Part shown: piece after piece, positions 38,188 through 50,892 of the stretch | Numbering within the stretch: the first letter of the stretch is position 1 | How the letters are laid out: each line of letters starts with the position of its first letter | DNA from: Actinobacteria bacterium BACL4 MAG-120820-bin23 | GTDB taxonomy: Bacteria > Actinomycetota > Actinomycetes > Nanopelagicales > Nanopelagicaceae | Direction of reading: 5' to 3' | Length of the DNA: 52,295 nucleotides | Assembly: GCA_001437855.1 (NCBI GenBank) | Contig: LIBD01000001.1 | Coordinates: 1 to 52,295 of the forward strand | Made by a program: the position numbers and the translations under genes | The notes under the pieces: model-generated | What the model saw: only the letters and a program-made list of their open reading frames with translations | Database searches by the model: none | What the model was told of the DNA's origin: nothing

Positions 38188-38880
38188 GTGGCACGTGCAA
38201 ATCTGAATAAAGATCCCGATGATGTTTCAAAGATGTTTGATGGAGTGGCTAATCGGTACGACTTTTTGAATGATTTGTTAAGTCTAGGTCGAACTAAAGC
38301 ATGGCGCAAAGTGGTTACCTCAATTATTGGGCCAAAACCAGGATTAAAAATATTAGATATTGCTGCTGGTACTGGCTCTTCAACTCGTCCACTAGTCGAT
38401 GCCGACGCAGATGTCACAGCTTTAGATTTTTCAGCCGGCATGATTGAAATAGGCCGTAAACGACATAAAGATATAAAGTTTGTCCAAGGCGATGCTCTAA
38501 ATCTACCATTTGAAGAAAATGTCTTTGATGTTACAACAATTTCATTTGGATTAAGAAATACATCAAATATTGATTCAGCACTCAAAGATTCTCTACGAGT
38601 AACAAAACCGGGCGGGAAGATTGTAATTGCAGAGTTTTCACATCCATCAAATTCAATTTTCAGATTTATTTATTTAAATTATTTAATGAAAGCTATTCCT
38701 ATTATTTCTAAAAAAATTAGCAAGAATCCAGATGCGTATGTTTATTTAGCAGAATCTATTAGGGCATGGCCAAATCAAGAAGGTCTTGCGTCCAAAATGC
38801 GGGACGCAGGCTGGAAATCAGTGGCTTGGCAGGACCTTACCTTCGGAATTGTCGCAGTTCACATTGGGTTCAAGGGGTAG
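38188..38880 (+). CDS. menG: Demethylmenaquinone methyltransferase (UbiE/MenG)
   Basis: MFDGVA.RYD..ND, LDIAAGTG, ISFGLRN, KPGG, YVYLAESI motifs. Confidence 0.95.
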   Translation: MARANLNKDPDDVSKMFDGVANRYDFLNDLLSLGRTKAWRKVVTSIIGPKPGLKILDIAAGTGSSTRPLVDADADVTALDFSAGMIEIGRKRHKDIKFVQGDALNLPFEENVFDVTTISFGLRNTSNIDSALKDSLRVTKPGGKIVIAEFSHPSNSIFRFIYLNYLMKAIPIISKKISKNPDAYVYLAESIRAWPNQEGLASKMRDAGWKSVAWQDLTFGIVAVHIGFKG

Positions 38881-38921
38881 GTGGCAAAAGTGGCCTCAGG
38901 TAATGAATAAGATTTGACCGT

Positions 38922-39293
38922 ATGAATCCATCATTTAATCCATATGTCCCAATCCTTGCGATTGGTGCGATTGGCTTTGGTTTTGCGATTTTTTCAGTTG
39001 TAGCAGCTGCGCTAACTGGTCCAAAAAGATATAACCGAGCAAAATCTGACGCATATGAGTGTGGCATTGAGCCATCTCCCCAAGCAGCCGGTGGAGGCCG
39101 ATTTCCAATTAAATATTTTTTAACTGCAATGTTGTTTATTGTTTTTGATATTGAAATTGTGTTTTTGTATCCATGGGCAGTTGCTTTCGATAGCTTAGGA
39201 GTTTTCGGATTAGTTGAAATGGCATTATTTATCGGAACAGTTTTTGTCGCTTATGCATATGTCTGGCGCCGTGGCGGATTGGAATGGGATTAA
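38922..39293 (+). CDS. nuoA: NADH-quinone oxidoreductase subunit A
   Basis: YECGIEP, FIVFDIE, LYPWA motifs. Confidence 0.96.
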   Translation: MNPSFNPYVPILAIGAIGFGFAIFSVVAAALTGPKRYNRAKSDAYECGIEPSPQAAGGGRFPIKYFLTAMLFIVFDIEIVFLYPWAVAFDSLGVFGLVEMALFIGTVFVAYAYVWRRGGLEWD

Positions 39294-39295
39294 CC

Positions 39296-39850
39296 ATGGG
39301 CTTAGAAGAAAAATTACCTAGCGGTTTTTTATTAACCACAGTTGAGAAGTTGGCAGGCTATATGCGAAAAAATTCGCTTTGGCCGGCAACATTTGGTTTA
39401 GCATGCTGTGCAATCGAAATGATGGCAGCTGGTGCAGGACGATATGACTTGGCAAGATTTGGAATGGAAGTTTTTCGAGCCTCACCAAGACAAGCTGATT
39501 TAATGATTGTTGCTGGCCGAGTAAGTAACAAGATGGCGCCAGTACTCAGACAAATCTACGATCAAATGGCTGCACCTAAGTGGTCTATTGCAATGGGCGC
39601 TTGTGCTTCATCCGGTGGAATGTTTAATAATTATGCAATCGTACAAGGCGTAGACCATATTATTCCAGTTGATATTTATTTACCTGGCTGTCCACCTCGT
39701 CCAGAAATGTTAATGGATGCAATTTTAAAACTACATGAACAAATAGGTAATGAAAAACTTGGAGCAAATAGAGAAAAAATTATTAAAGAGGTAGAGGCCG
39801 CCGCATTAGCTGCTAAACCAACCCATCAACTAAAGGGTTTATTAGCATGA
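39296..39850 (+). CDS. nuoB: NADH-quinone oxidoreductase subunit B
   Basis: [30 protein letters not shown]. Start MGLEEKLP at 39296. Confidence 0.97.
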   Translation: MGLEEKLPSGFLLTTVEKLAGYMRKNSLWPATFGLACCAIEMMAAGAGRYDLARFGMEVFRASPRQADLMIVAGRVSNKMAPVLRQIYDQMAAPKWSIAMGACASSGGMFNNYAIVQGVDHIIPVDIYLPGCPPRPEMLMDAILKLHEQIGNEKLGANREKIIKEVEAAALAAKPTHQLKGLLA

Positions 39851-40476
39851 GTGATAAAGGAATGTTCGGAGTTACCGGAAGTGGAGACACATCAGGATTT
39901 GGTGGATTAGTTAAACCCGAGGTAATCACCGCTTCAACTCAAAGGCCGTTCGGTAGTTATTTTGATCAGGTGGCAGATGATTTAGAGCGTGCCTACCCAC
40001 TATTTAGCGATGCAATAGAGAAGGTAGTGGTGGATCGAGGCGAATTAACTTTGTTTATCAAGCGTGATCGATTATTTGAAGTGGCAAAGATTTTGAGAAA
40101 TGACCTTAAGTTTGAAATGTGTGTTGGCGTAAATGGAGTTCATTATCCAACTGAATCAAATCGAGAACTACATGCAATTTATTCACTACTTTCAATCACA
40201 AGAAATCAGAGAATTAGATTAGAAGTTTGTGTTTCTGATAAAGATCCACACATTCCATCACTTGTTGAAGTATGGGCAGGAACTAATTGGCACGAACGTG
40301 AAACTTATGACATGTTTGGAATTATTTTTGATAACCACCCTGGGCTTACTCGAATTATGATGCCAGATGATTGGCCAGGGCACCCACAAAGAAAAGATTA
40401 TCCACTTGGCGGAATCGATATTGAATATAAAGGTGCAACTGTTCCTGCACCATCTGAAAGAAGAAGTTATCAATGA
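39847..40476 (+). CDS. nuoC: NADH-quinone oxidoreductase subunit C
   Basis: [22 protein letters not shown] motifs. Confidence 0.96.
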   Translation: MSDKGMFGVTGSGDTSGFGGLVKPEVITASTQRPFGSYFDQVADDLERAYPLFSDAIEKVVVDRGELTLFIKRDRLFEVAKILRNDLKFEMCVGVNGVHYPTESNRELHAIYSLLSITRNQRIRLEVCVSDKDPHIPSLVEVWAGTNWHERETYDMFGIIFDNHPGLTRIMMPDDWPGHPQRKDYPLGGIDIEYKGATVPAPSERRSYQ

Positions 40477-41813
40477 CCACTTTTACAGATCCATACGCAT
40501 CTTCACAAGAAACTACTGAGGGACGAGTTTATTCAGTCACTGGTGGTGATTGGGACTCATTAGTTACTGAGATCGGCGCTACTAAAGAAGAGCGCGTTGT
40601 TGTGAATATGGGCCCACAACATCCTTCTACTCACGGTGTTCTGCGATTAATTTTGGAATTAGAGGGTGAAACGATTACTGAAACTCGTTGTGGAATTGGA
40701 TATTTACACACCGGAATTGAGAAAAATACTGAATATAGAAATTGGACGCAAGGCGTAACTTTTGTAACCCGAATGGATTATCTATCTCCAATATTTAATG
40801 AAACTGCATATTGTCTAGGAGTAGAAAAACTACTTGGCATCACCGGTGATATAACCGAAAGAGCAACTGTGATTAGAGTAATGATGATGGAATTTAATCG
40901 AATTTCATCACACATGGTTGCATTGGGAACTGGTGCGCTGGAATTAGGAGCGCTATCACCAATGATTTTTGCTTTTAGAGAACGAGAAAAAGTTTTAGAT
41001 ATATTTGAAATGGTTTCTGGCTTACGTATGAATATGGCTTATGTCAGACCTGGTGGTGTTGCCCAAGATCTACCCGAAGGAGCGTTGAGCAAGATTCGGC
41101 AGACTGTAAAAGACCTACGACACAGCTTTAAAGATAATGCGAAACTATTAATCGGAAACTCTATTTGGATTAAGCGAACCCAAGGAATCGGTTATTTAGA
41201 TCTAGCTGGCTGCACAACTCTTGGAATTACCGGTCCAGTTTTAAGATCAACCGGTTTAGCTTGGGATTTGAGAAAGGCTCAACCTTATTGCGGTTATGAA
41301 AATTATGAGTTTGATATTCCCACAACAGATACTTGCGATGTGTATGGCCGATTCTTAATTAGAATGCAGGAGCTAGAGCAATCACTAAGAATCATTGAAC
41401 AATGTGTTTTAAAGTTGGAAAAACTTGAAGGTCAAGCTGTAATGGTGGCTGATAAAAAAATTGCTTGGCCATCTCAACTTTCAATTGGGGCAGATGGAAT
41501 GGGTAATTCCTTAAACCATATTCGCGAAATTATGGGTGAGTCAATGGAAGCGCTAATTCATCACTTTAAATTAGTAACTGAGGGTTTTAGGGTGCCAGCC
41601 GGACAGGTATATACGGCGATTGAATCACCACGTGGTGAGCTAGGTGTTAATTTAGTTTCAGATGGCGGAACAAGACCTTATCGAGTTCACTTCAGAGATC
41701 CATCGTTTAATAATTTACAAGCAATAGCTGCGATGTGCGAAGGCGGGCAGGTGGCAGATGTAGTTGCTGCCGTGGCATCTTTAGATCCAGTTATGGGTGG
41801 GGTTGATCGCTAA
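40473..41813 (+). CDS. nuoD: NADH-quinone oxidoreductase subunit D
   Basis: [39 protein letters not shown] motifs. Confidence 0.97.
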   Translation: MTTFTDPYASSQETTEGRVYSVTGGDWDSLVTEIGATKEERVVVNMGPQHPSTHGVLRLILELEGETITETRCGIGYLHTGIEKNTEYRNWTQGVTFVTRMDYLSPIFNETAYCLGVEKLLGITGDITERATVIRVMMMEFNRISSHMVALGTGALELGALSPMIFAFREREKVLDIFEMVSGLRMNMAYVRPGGVAQDLPEGALSKIRQTVKDLRHSFKDNAKLLIGNSIWIKRTQGIGYLDLAGCTTLGITGPVLRSTGLAWDLRKAQPYCGYENYEFDIPTTDTCDVYGRFLIRMQELEQSLRIIEQCVLKLEKLEGQAVMVADKKIAWPSQLSIGADGMGNSLNHIREIMGESMEALIHHFKLVTEGFRVPAGQVYTAIESPRGELGVNLVSDGGTRPYRVHFRDPSFNNLQAIAAMCEGGQVADVVAAVASLDPVMGGVDR

Positions 41814-42439
41814 TGGCCTATACCGTAGAACAAGTTTCAATAATGGATTCAATAATCAATCGCTATCCTCGGAAAAGATCTGCAATTATGCCGCTATTGC
41901 ATTTTGTTCAATCAATTGATGGGTATGTAACAAATGAAGGTATTGAATTAATTGGTCAAAAACTTGAATTAGCAACTGCTGAGGTAACGGCGGTTTCAAC
42001 TTTCTATACGCAATATAAGTCAAAACCTGTTGGTGATTATCATGTTGGAATTTGTACCAACACGTTGTGTGCCGTTATGGGAGGCGATGCCATATTTGAA
42101 TCAATCAAAGAACACCTTGATATTGAAAATGATGGTGTAACAAACGATGGCAAAGTTTCAGTTGAACATATTGAATGCAATGCAGCCTGCGATTATGCGC
42201 CAGTAGTTATGGTTAATTGGGAGTTTTATGACAATCAGACAGTTCAATCAACAAAAGACTTAGTTGATGCTGCGCGAGCTGGAAACCCACCAGCACCAAC
42301 TAGAGGCCCAAATAAATTACGAACCTGGAAAGAAAACTCAGCTGTATTGGCAGGAATCTCAGATGGGTTAGCAAATGAAGGCGTACAAGCTGGTGAACCA
42401 ACTTTGTTAGGACTTAAGAAAGCTAAAGGTGGAGCATGA
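41813..42439 (+). CDS. nuoE: NADH-quinone oxidoreductase subunit E
   Basis: CTNTLC...ECNAACDYAP 2Fe-2S ligands. Confidence 0.96.
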   Translation: MAYTVEQVSIMDSIINRYPRKRSAIMPLLHFVQSIDGYVTNEGIELIGQKLELATAEVTAVSTFYTQYKSKPVGDYHVGICTNTLCAVMGGDAIFESIKEHLDIENDGVTNDGKVSVEHIECNAACDYAPVVMVNWEFYDNQTVQSTKDLVDAARAGNPPAPTRGPNKLRTWKENSAVLAGISDGLANEGVQAGEPTLLGLKKAKGGA

Positions 42440-43740
42440 GTAAATTAACTCCAGTCCTTTCTGCAAATTGGGACCAGAAAGACTCATTTACTTTTGAAGC
42501 TTATAAGCGCAATGGTGGCTATACCGCAATTGCCAAAGCACTTTCTATGAAACCAGATGAGGTTATTCAAACAGTTAAAGATTCTGGTTTGCGTGGCCGG
42601 GGCGGAGCAGGATTTCCAACTGGAAATAAATGGGGATTCATTCCGCAAGGTGATAATAAAGAGCATTACTTTGTAGTAAATGCAGATGAGTCAGAACCAG
42701 GTACTTGCAAAGATACCCCGCTGTTAATGGCTAACCCTCATGTATTAATTGAAGGAATAATTATTGGCTCTTATGCAATTAGAGCTAATCATGCATTTAT
42801 TTATATCCGTGGCGAGATTACTCATGTTGTTAGAAGAGTACAACAAGCTATTGAAGATGCTTATAAGGCTGGACTTTTAGGTAAAAATATTTTAGGTAAA
42901 GGTTTTGATTTAGATCTCGTTTTACATGTAGGAGCAGGTGCTTATATTTGCGGTGAAGAAACAGCACTCTTAGATTCGCTAGAGGGTTTCCGTGGTCAAC
43001 CAAGATTACGACCACCATTTCCAGCTATTGCCGGCTTATATGCAAAACCAACAGTGGTAAATAATGTTGAATCAGTTGCCTCTGTTCCAGCAATTATTAA
43101 TAATGGAGTTGCATGGTTTACTGCAATGGGAACTGAAAAAAGTAAAGGCTTCACACTTTATTCGCTATCTGGACACGTAAATAATCCTGGACAATTTGAG
43201 GCACCACTTGGCATTACCTTAAGAGAACTATTAGAGATTTCAGGTGGTATTAGAACAGGCCACAAATTAAAATTCTGGACACCAGGTGGCTCTTCAACTC
43301 CAATTTTTACCGATGCACACCTAGATGTGCCACTTGATTATGAAGGTGTTTCAGCTGCTGGATCCATGCTCGGTACAAAAGCATTACAAATTTTTGATGA
43401 GACCACTTGCATCGTAAGAGCAGTATTGAGGTGGACTGAGTTTTATAAACATGAGTCATGCGGAAAGTGCACGCCATGTCGAGAAGGAACTTGGTGGTTA
43501 GTTCAAGTTCTTAAGGATTTAGAAGCAGGTCGCGGAAGTGAAGCGGATCTAGATAAATTATTAGATCTTTGTGACAACATTATGGGCAGATCTTTCTGCG
43601 CTTTAGCTGATGGTGCAGCTAGCCCAATTATTTCTTCACTGAAATACTTCCGCCAGGAGTACTTAGATCATCTTGCAGCTGGTAAATGTCCATTTGATCC
43701 AATGACAGCTACGCTATTTGAAAGCGCAGGTGTTAAATGA
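42436..43740 (+). CDS. nuoF: NADH-quinone oxidoreductase subunit F
   Basis: GLRGRGGAGF, NADESEPG, GAGAYICGEETAL, ESCGKCTPCREG motifs. Confidence 0.97.
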   Translation: MSKLTPVLSANWDQKDSFTFEAYKRNGGYTAIAKALSMKPDEVIQTVKDSGLRGRGGAGFPTGNKWGFIPQGDNKEHYFVVNADESEPGTCKDTPLLMANPHVLIEGIIIGSYAIRANHAFIYIRGEITHVVRRVQQAIEDAYKAGLLGKNILGKGFDLDLVLHVGAGAYICGEETALLDSLEGFRGQPRLRPPFPAIAGLYAKPTVVNNVESVASVPAIINNGVAWFTAMGTEKSKGFTLYSLSGHVNNPGQFEAPLGITLRELLEISGGIRTGHKLKFWTPGGSSTPIFTDAHLDVPLDYEGVSAAGSMLGTKALQIFDETTCIVRAVLRWTEFYKHESCGKCTPCREGTWWLVQVLKDLEAGRGSEADLDKLLDLCDNIMGRSFCALADGAASPIISSLKYFRQEYLDHLAAGKCPFDPMTATLFESAGVK

Positions 43741-46088
43741 GTATTCAGGAGCTAGGAGCAGATCAGCAAGTACAAGTGGAAATGATCACCTGTGTTATTG
43801 ATGGATTTGAAATCACCGTACCTAAGGGAACTCTTGTAATTAGAGCTGCAGAAAAGTTAGGAATACAAATTCCTAGATTTTGCGATCATCCATTACTTGC
43901 ACCAGCTGGTGCCTGTAGACAATGTTTAGTGGATATCGAAATAAACGGTAGAGCATTTCCAAAACCACAGGCCTCTTGCACCATTCCGGTTGAAAATGGA
44001 ATGGTTGTTAAAACTCAATTGACTTCTCCGGTGGCAGATAAAGCACAAAAAGGCATTATGGAATTATTACTAATAAACCACCCACTGGATTGCCCAGTCT
44101 GCGATAAGGGCGGTGAGTGCCCACTTCAAAATCAGGCAATGTCTAATGGCAGAGCAGAATCTAGGTTTGAAGGAGTTAAACGAACATTCGAAAAACCAGT
44201 AGCGATTTCATCGCAAGTTTTATTGGACAGAGAGCGATGCGTATTGTGTGCAAGGTGTACTCGTTTTTCAGAGCAAATTGCCGGCGATCCATTTATCACA
44301 CTTAATGAACGTGGCGCACTTCAGCAGGTGGGAATTTATGAGGAAGAACCATTTGATTCTTATTACTCAGGCAATACTGTCCAAATCTGTCCAGTCGGAG
44401 CATTGACTGGAACTTCTTACAGATTTAGAGCCAGACCATTTGATTTAGTTTCAACCAACTCTGCTTGTGAACATTGCGCATCTGGATGTGCAATGCGCAC
44501 TGATGTCAGGCGAGGAAAAACTTTAAGGCGCTTGGCAGGTGAAGATGCAGAGGTTAATGAAGAGTGGAATTGCGATAAAGGTAGATGGGCTTTTAAATAC
44601 GAAGTAGCCAAAAACAGAATTAAGAATCCAATGATTAGGGATTCAAGTGGGCAATTACAAGAGGTTTCATGGCCAGAAGCATTAGCCGAAGCAGCTAACG
44701 GATTAAAAAATTCAAGAAGTGGTGTTTTGGTTGGTGGCCGAGTAACTATTGAAGATGCTTATGGGTATAGCAAATTTGCTCGAGTAGCTTTAAATACAAA
44801 TAATATTGATTTTAGAGCTCGCTTACACAGTCAAGAAGAATTAGAGTTTTTAGCAACCGCAAAGACGAATGCAACCTATAAAGATTTAGATAATGCAGAT
44901 CATGTAGTACTTATAGGCTTTGAACCAGAAGATGAGTCACCGATAGTTTTTCTTAGGATCTATAAGCAAGTGCATAAGCGTTCTATTAAAGTTACTAGCA
45001 TTGCGCCATATGCAAGTCGTGGAAGTGAAAAACTGAAAGCAAATTTAATTAAGTCAGCATCTGGAAGTGAAGTTTCTGCAATTTCTGCTCTTTCGGGTTT
45101 AACAAGTAAGTCAGTTGTTTTAGTAGGTGAAAGAATCTCTGAAACCGAAGGTGGCTTATCTTCGATAGTGAAATTAGCTAGTGATACCGGTGCAAAGTTA
45201 GGCTGGATTCCAAGAAGGGCTGGGGAAAAAGGCGCTATAGCTGCGGGAGCACTACCAAATCTGTTACCAGGCAACCGATTAATTTCTAACTCTTCAGCAA
45301 GGGTTGATATCGCAGCAGCTTGGTCGGTTGATTCAGTACCAAGTGAAATTGGCCTAAGTACTGAGGAAATGATTAATTCAGATCTTCAAGCTTTGTTAAT
45401 TGGCGGAATAGATCCAATGGATATCTCACCAGAGGCAAAAATTAAACTAGCAAAGAAATTTATAGTTTCATTAGAAATTAGACAAAGTGATATTACTGAT
45501 ATTGCATCAGTAGTTTTGCCAGTAGCGCCTGTAGTTGAAAAATCAGGTTCGTTTATGGATTGGCAAGGAAAAGTACGCAAATTTGAGGCTGCAGTTGATC
45601 AAACATTAAATCGAAGCGATGTAAGAATTTTATCTATGCTTGCAGATGAAATAGGTAAGCCAATCAATCTACCGACAGTAAATTCCGCTAGAGTTGAATT
45701 TGAATCAATTGGAAGTTGGGATGGAGAAGTCAGCACTATGAAATTAGTAGTTGGAGCTGGCAATAAGGCCATTAATAATGATGAAGCAATCATTTCTTCA
45801 TGGCGCAATTTGCTTGATAAGGGCTCTTTACAAGACGGAGAAGAAAATCTCGCCGGTACAGCCAGAAAGTCTAAAGTTGTAATTAGTCAATCACGTGCTA
45901 AATCATTAAATGTAAGTGATGGTGATTTGGTAAGAGTTTCAAATAATTACGGTGCAGTAACACTTGCATGTCAGATTTCAGATATTGATGAATCTTCCAT
46001 TTGGCTACCTAGAAATTCATTAAATAGTCAATTAATTAGAAATCTAGGAGTTGTAAGTAATTCAGTTGTAAAGGTGGCCAAGGCATGA
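43737..46088 (+). CDS. nuoG: NADH-quinone oxidoreductase subunit G
   Basis: [52 protein letters not shown] motifs. Confidence 0.96.
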   Translation: MSIQELGADQQVQVEMITCVIDGFEITVPKGTLVIRAAEKLGIQIPRFCDHPLLAPAGACRQCLVDIEINGRAFPKPQASCTIPVENGMVVKTQLTSPVADKAQKGIMELLLINHPLDCPVCDKGGECPLQNQAMSNGRAESRFEGVKRTFEKPVAISSQVLLDRERCVLCARCTRFSEQIAGDPFITLNERGALQQVGIYEEEPFDSYYSGNTVQICPVGALTGTSYRFRARPFDLVSTNSACEHCASGCAMRTDVRRGKTLRRLAGEDAEVNEEWNCDKGRWAFKYEVAKNRIKNPMIRDSSGQLQEVSWPEALAEAANGLKNSRSGVLVGGRVTIEDAYGYSKFARVALNTNNIDFRARLHSQEELEFLATAKTNATYKDLDNADHVVLIGFEPEDESPIVFLRIYKQVHKRSIKVTSIAPYASRGSEKLKANLIKSASGSEVSAISALSGLTSKSVVLVGERISETEGGLSSIVKLASDTGAKLGWIPRRAGEKGAIAAGALPNLLPGNRLISNSSARVDIAAAWSVDSVPSEIGLSTEEMINSDLQALLIGGIDPMDISPEAKIKLAKKFIVSLEIRQSDITDIASVVLPVAPVVEKSGSFMDWQGKVRKFEAAVDQTLNRSDVRILSMLADEIGKPINLPTVNSARVEFESIGSWDGEVSTMKLVVGAGNKAINNDEAIISSWRNLLDKGSLQDGEENLAGTARKSKVVISQSRAKSLNVSDGDLVRVSNNYGAVTLACQISDIDESSIWLPRNSLNSQLIRNLGVVSNSVVKVAKA

Positions 46089-47308
46089 GCAATGCAGAAA
46101 TAATTGGCCAAGATCCAGGTTGGGTTATTGCACTCAAAGGCGTGCTGGTATTTGCAGTGTGTGTTTTCTTAACAATTATGTCAGTATGGGGAGAGCGCCG
46201 AATTGTTGCCAGAATGCAACAGCGAAGTGGACCAAATAGAGTTGGTAAGTTCGGTTTATTACAAGCCTTAGTAGATGGTGTGAAGTTAGCACTTAAAGAA
46301 GATTTGATTCCTAAGTCAGCAGATCGAATAGTTTTTGTGATTGCACCAATAATTAGTACTACAACTTGCTTTATGGCATTTGCTGTCATCCCATTAACTG
46401 GGCCAGTTAATTTCTTCGGGCAAGAAACAGTTATGCAGATGACTGATTTATCAGTCGGTGTTTTATATGTCTTAGCAATAGCCTCAGTTGGAGTTTATGG
46501 AATCGTTTTAGCTGGTTGGTCGTCTGGCTCTACCTATCCTTTACTCGGTGGACTTCGATCTTCAGCCCAGGTAATTTCTTATGAGATTGCAATGGGACTA
46601 TCTTTGGTAGCAGTTTTTATCTATGCCGGTTCAATGTCTACCTCAGAAATTGTGGCTGCTCAAGACAAGTGGTGGTATGCCGTAATACTTTTCCCATCAT
46701 TTGTAATTTTTGCAATATCTATGGTCGGAGAAACAAATAGAGCTCCATTTGATTTAGCAGAAGCCGAAGGCGAGTTAGTTGGTGGCTTCCATACCGAGTA
46801 CTCATCACTAAAGTTTGCACTATTCTTCTTATCTGAATATGTAAACATTATTGCTGTTTCAGCATTGGCTACCACATTATTCTTAGGCGGCTACCGTGCA
46901 TTACCAGGGCTTGGTTTTACAGAACAGTGGCTTGGTGGCTGGTTTACCCTAGTCTGGTTCTTCATCAAAGTACTTGGATTTTTCTTTGTATTTGTTTGGC
47001 TACGAGGAACATTACCGCGCTTGCGCTACGACCAGTTCATGAAATTTGGTTGGAAAGTTTTAATTCCATTTTCACTTGCATGGATCTTGATAGTTTCAAC
47101 TTTAAGGGTAATGTCACAACAAGAAGCACCACCAGCATTGATTGCTACTTTTATTTTCTCAATTGCTTTAATTTATATAGCAATTGCAACACTTATAGAC
47201 AAAAAGAAAGCAGCTCAAGAAAAAGCTGCGCGAAATATCACCAGTTCAGAGCCTGATTTTCCTGTACCAGTTATTCCAAATACTAGAGTGGAGCAGATAA
47301 ATGGATAA
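46085..47308 (+). CDS. nuoH: NADH-quinone oxidoreductase subunit H
   Basis: [43 protein letters not shown] motifs. Confidence 0.97.
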   Translation: MSNAEIIGQDPGWVIALKGVLVFAVCVFLTIMSVWGERRIVARMQQRSGPNRVGKFGLLQALVDGVKLALKEDLIPKSADRIVFVIAPIISTTTCFMAFAVIPLTGPVNFFGQETVMQMTDLSVGVLYVLAIASVGVYGIVLAGWSSGSTYPLLGGLRSSAQVISYEIAMGLSLVAVFIYAGSMSTSEIVAAQDKWWYAVILFPSFVIFAISMVGETNRAPFDLAEAEGELVGGFHTEYSSLKFALFFLSEYVNIIAVSALATTLFLGGYRALPGLGFTEQWLGGWFTLVWFFIKVLGFFFVFVWLRGTLPRLRYDQFMKFGWKVLIPFSLAWILIVSTLRVMSQQEAPPALIATFIFSIALIYIAIATLIDKKKAAQEKAARNITSSEPDFPVPVIPNTRVEQING

Positions 47309-47924
47309 TGAATTAACCCCACGCTCTGATGAATTTGGATTAGCAAAAGCTGATCAATCTAAGGCGCCAATCACTAATCACGAGAGTGCAAGTTTTGGTA
47401 AACAACTACTTGGTTTTTGGGTCACATTGAGAACGATGTTTAAAAAAGTTAACACAGTTCAATACCCAGAGGTCAAAGAACCAACTGCGCCAAGGTTTCA
47501 TGGCCGCCATCAGTTAAATCGCCATCCAGATGGTTTAGAAAAATGTATTGGTTGCGAGCTTTGTGCCTGGGCTTGTCCTGCAGATGCAATCTATGTAGAA
47601 GGAGCTGACAATAAAGAAGAGGAGAGATTTTCTCCAGGTGAGCGTTACGGCAAGGTGTATCAAATAAATTATTTACGATGCATATTTTGCGGACTCTGTA
47701 TTGAAGCCTGTCCAACTCGAGCTTTAACAATGACAAATGAATATGAATTGGCAGATGATAGCCGCGGAAAATTAATTTTTGAAAAAGATGATTTATTAGG
47801 ACCACTGCGAGCCGGAATGGTGCCACCACCTCATCCAATGTATCCAAATACGGATGATTCAAATTATTACAAGGGTGAAGTAACAACTTCTCATCCATCG
47901 CAAGGGATTGCAAAGAATGATTAA
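47301..47924 (+). CDS. nuoI: NADH-quinone oxidoreductase subunit I
   Basis: Two 4Fe-4S motifs, [12 protein letters not shown] and [12 protein letters not shown]. Confidence 0.97.
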   Translation: MDNELTPRSDEFGLAKADQSKAPITNHESASFGKQLLGFWVTLRTMFKKVNTVQYPEVKEPTAPRFHGRHQLNRHPDGLEKCIGCELCAWACPADAIYVEGADNKEEERFSPGERYGKVYQINYLRCIFCGLCIEACPTRALTMTNEYELADDSRGKLIFEKDDLLGPLRAGMVPPPHPMYPNTDDSNYYKGEVTTSHPSQGIAKND

Positions 47925-48699
47925 TCTTGCTTTAGATATCGGCACTACGGCTGCCCCAGAGTCTTACCTATTTTATGTACTAGCACCACTTTCAGTTTTA
48001 GCTGCCGTAGGAATGTTGTTAGTTAAAAAAGCGGTTCATTCGGCGCTATTGCTTGCCTGGGTAATGATCACATTAGCTATTTTTTATATTGCTCAAGAAG
48101 CTCTATTTTTAGGAATTGTACAAATCGTTGTATACACCGGAGCAGTAATGATGCTGTTTCTTTTTATTTTAATGTTAGTAGGAGTTGATACCTCTGACTC
48201 ACTTGTAGAGACCATAAAAGGCTTAAGAGCAATTTCTATTGTGGCAGCAGTTGGCTTTGGAGGATTACTTGTAACTCTAATTTCTCGAGCCACATTTGGT
48301 AGAGATGTAGTTGGGCTTAGCGAGGTAAATGCACAAGGCAATGCTCTAGGAATAGCTGAACTTCTTTTTACCAGATATGTCTTTGCCTTTGAAGTAATCT
48401 CAGCACTTCTAATTACGGCTGCAGTCGGAGCAATGGTTTTGGCACATAGCCAGAAAACTAAATCACAATTTGCACAGCGAGATTTATCTATAGCTCGATT
48501 TAGAAAAGGTGAACTTAAAGATGCAGCTGGATTACCAAGTTCTGGAGTATATGCATTACATAATGCGGTAGATGTTCCTGCGCTATTACCAACAGGAAGT
48601 CCAGCACCAACATCAATATCTGCTGTGCTTGAAGCACGCGGTGACATGATTGAAAGTGCAAATTATCAATTAAAAGAGGAAGCAGAGGAAGATAAGTAA
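47917..48699 (+). CDS. nuoJ: NADH-quinone oxidoreductase subunit J
   Basis: [32 protein letters not shown] 47917 preferred over TTG 47908. Confidence 0.95.
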   Translation: MINLALDIGTTAAPESYLFYVLAPLSVLAAVGMLLVKKAVHSALLLAWVMITLAIFYIAQEALFLGIVQIVVYTGAVMMLFLFILMLVGVDTSDSLVETIKGLRAISIVAAVGFGGLLVTLISRATFGRDVVGLSEVNAQGNALGIAELLFTRYVFAFEVISALLITAAVGAMVLAHSQKTKSQFAQRDLSIARFRKGELKDAAGLPSSGVYALHNAVDVPALLPTGSPAPTSISAVLEARGDMIESANYQLKEEAEEDK

Positions 48700-48998
48700 T
48701 GCCTATTGCTAACTATCTTTATCTGGCTGCAATTTTATTCACAATCGGTGCTGTAGGTGTGATTGTTCGCCGAAATGCAATTGTTGTGTTTATGTGTATT
48801 GAGTTAATGCTTAATGCTGCAAATCTTGCATTTGTTACTTTTGCTCGAATTAATGGAAATTTAGAAGGCCAAGTGGTTGCCTTCTTTACGATGGTAGTTG
48901 CAGCATGTGAAGTAGTAGTTGGACTAGCAATTATTGTAACAATTTATCGATCCCGTAGATCTGCATCCGTTGATGATGCAAGTTTGTTGAAGAGATAA
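48699..48998 (+). CDS. nuoK: NADH-quinone oxidoreductase subunit K
   Basis: [24 protein letters not shown] motifs. Confidence 0.97.
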   Translation: MPIANYLYLAAILFTIGAVGVIVRRNAIVVFMCIELMLNAANLAFVTFARINGNLEGQVVAFFTMVVAACEVVVGLAIIVTIYRSRRSASVDDASLLKR

Positions 48999-48999
48999 A

Positions 49000-50892
49000 A
49001 TGCAGATATCTGAAAATTTAGTTTGGTTCATTGCACTGCCACTTTTTAGCTCTGCAATTCTTTTACTAGTAGGCAAAAGGGCAAACTCCTGGGGTCATAT
49101 CGCGGCCACAACGGTCTCGGCATCAACCTTTGTAATTGGTGTGATCGAATTTTTTGCAATGCAAGCTAGACCCGAAGAGAATCGAGCGGTAGTACAAAAA
49201 TTATTTACTTGGATCTCTGTAGGTTCATTTAATGTCGATGCCTCACTGTTACTTGACCAACTTTCAATCTGTTTTGTACTACTTATTACTGGCGTGGGCA
49301 CATTAATTCATATCTACTCTATTTCTTATATGTCTCATGATTTAGATAGAAGAAGATTTTTTGCTTATTTAAACCTATTCATTGCATCTATGTTATTGCT
49401 GGTGTTAGGTGATTCCTACCTAAATCTTTATGTTGGCTGGGAAGGTGTGGGCTTAGCTTCGTACCTGTTGATTGGTTTTTGGAATCAAAAGCCTACATAT
49501 GCAACTGCAGCAAAAAAAGCTTTTGTTGCAAACAGAGTCGGTGATGTCGGTCTATCACTTGCCATAATGATTGCCTTTGCAACATTTGGCGACGTAACTT
49601 TTTCAGGTATTAAAGAGCAGACAGATGCAGCTTCAACTGCCCAACTTACTGCTATTGGCTTAATGTTGTTGCTGGCAGCATGTGGTAAGTCAGCACAATT
49701 TCCACTGCAATCTTGGCTTGGTGATGCAATGGCAGGACCAACACCTGTTTCAGCATTAATTCATGCTGCAACGATGGTAACTGCAGGTGTTTATTTAATT
49801 ACCAGATCAAGTTTTATTTTTGATGAAGCTCCAATTGCTCAACTAATGGTGCTAATCGTTGGTGCAGTTACATTACTGTTTGGCGCAATTATTGGAACAG
49901 CAAAAGATGATATTAAAAAAGCATTGGCCGCTTCGACAATGTCTCAAATTGGATACATGATTTTGGCAACAGGTTTAGGCCCAATTGGTTACGCATTTGC
50001 AATTATGCATTTATTAACTCATGGATTCTTTAAGGCAAGCATGTTCCTTGGTGCTGGCTCAGTAATGCATGGCATGAAAGATGAAGTTAATATGCGAAAG
50101 TATGGTGGCATAGGTAAATTCATGCCGATTACAGCAATTACTTTTGGATTAGGTTACCTAGCCATTATTGGCGTTCCACCATTTGCTGGTTTTTACTCCA
50201 AAGATAAAATTATTGAAACAGCATTCAATGCAGGTGGTATAAAAGGCATAGCACTAGGTATTGCAACTCTACTTGGTGCAGCAATTACAGCTTTTTATAT
50301 GACGCGAGTTGTAATTCTTACTTTCTTTGGGAATGAACGTTGGGGTCATAAGGATGAGCCTCATGAAAGCCCGGCTTTAATGTTAATTCCAATCGCTTTA
50401 CTCTCTATTGGATCAGTTGCATCTGGTTATCTATTATCAAGGGGTAAGAGTTTAGTTAACTGGCTTGAGCCAGTGGTTAATCCATTAAAAGAACACCATG
50501 CTGAAGAGTTATTTTCACACACAACGGTGTCGCTAATGACAATCTCAGTTGTGATAATTGGAGTTTCAATAGCAGTAAGAAAATATCGCGGAGACCAATC
50601 AGATACAGCACCAGAGAAAGTTTCAAAGTTAACTATTGCTGCAAGAAAAGATCTGTTTCAAGATTCACTAAATGAGGCAGCATTTATGCGCCCTGGACAG
50701 TCTTTGATTCAAAAGCTTTTAAATATCGATCACTTAGTAATAGATGGAGCGGTTAGATCAGTAGGAGTTGTATCTATTAGCGCCGGAAGCAAACTGCGCT
50801 CTTTGCAGAATGGATATGTTAGAAGTTATGCACTGATGATGGTCATCGGCGTACTAAGTTTAATTGCTGTAATTTGGGTGGTAACCGCATGA
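49000..50892 (+). CDS. nuoL: NADH-quinone oxidoreductase subunit L
   Basis: GWEGVGLASYLLIGFW, NRVGD, GKSAQFPL..WL.DAMAGPTPVSALIHAATMV, HGFFKA motifs. Confidence 0.97.
   Translation: MQISENLVWFIALPLFSSAILLLVGKRANSWGHIAATTVSASTFVIGVIEFFAMQARPEENRAVVQKLFTWISVGSFNVDASLLLDQLSICFVLLITGVGTLIHIYSISYMSHDLDRRRFFAYLNLFIASMLLLVLGDSYLNLYVGWEGVGLASYLLIGFWNQKPTYATAAKKAFVANRVGDVGLSLAIMIAFATFGDVTFSGIKEQTDAASTAQLTAIGLMLLLAACGKSAQFPLQSWLGDAMAGPTPVSALIHAATMVTAGVYLITRSSFIFDEAPIAQLMVLIVGAVTLLFGAIIGTAKDDIKKALAASTMSQIGYMILATGLGPIGYAFAIMHLLTHGFFKASMFLGAGSVMHGMKDEVNMRKYGGIGKFMPITAITFGLGYLAIIGVPPFAGFYSKDKIIETAFNAGGIKGIALGIATLLGAAITAFYMTRVVILTFFGNERWGHKDEPHESPALMLIPIALLSIGSVASGYLLSRGKSLVNWLEPVVNPLKEHHAEELFSHTTVSLMTISVVIIGVSIAVRKYRGDQSDTAPEKVSKLTIAARKDLFQDSLNEAAFMRPGQSLIQKLLNIDHLVIDGAVRSVGVVSISAGSKLRSLQNGYVRSYALMMVIGVLSLIAVIWVVTA

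Noticed and set aside
38881-38921. Possible Rex operator upstream of nuoA
   Set aside because: No TTGTGAA-N4-TTCACAA-like palindrome in the 41-nt gap.
48093-48647. 184-aa antisense ORF over nuoJ, and the other short nested ORFs in the track
   Set aside because: Fully contained within well-supported genes, with no RBS or motif support.
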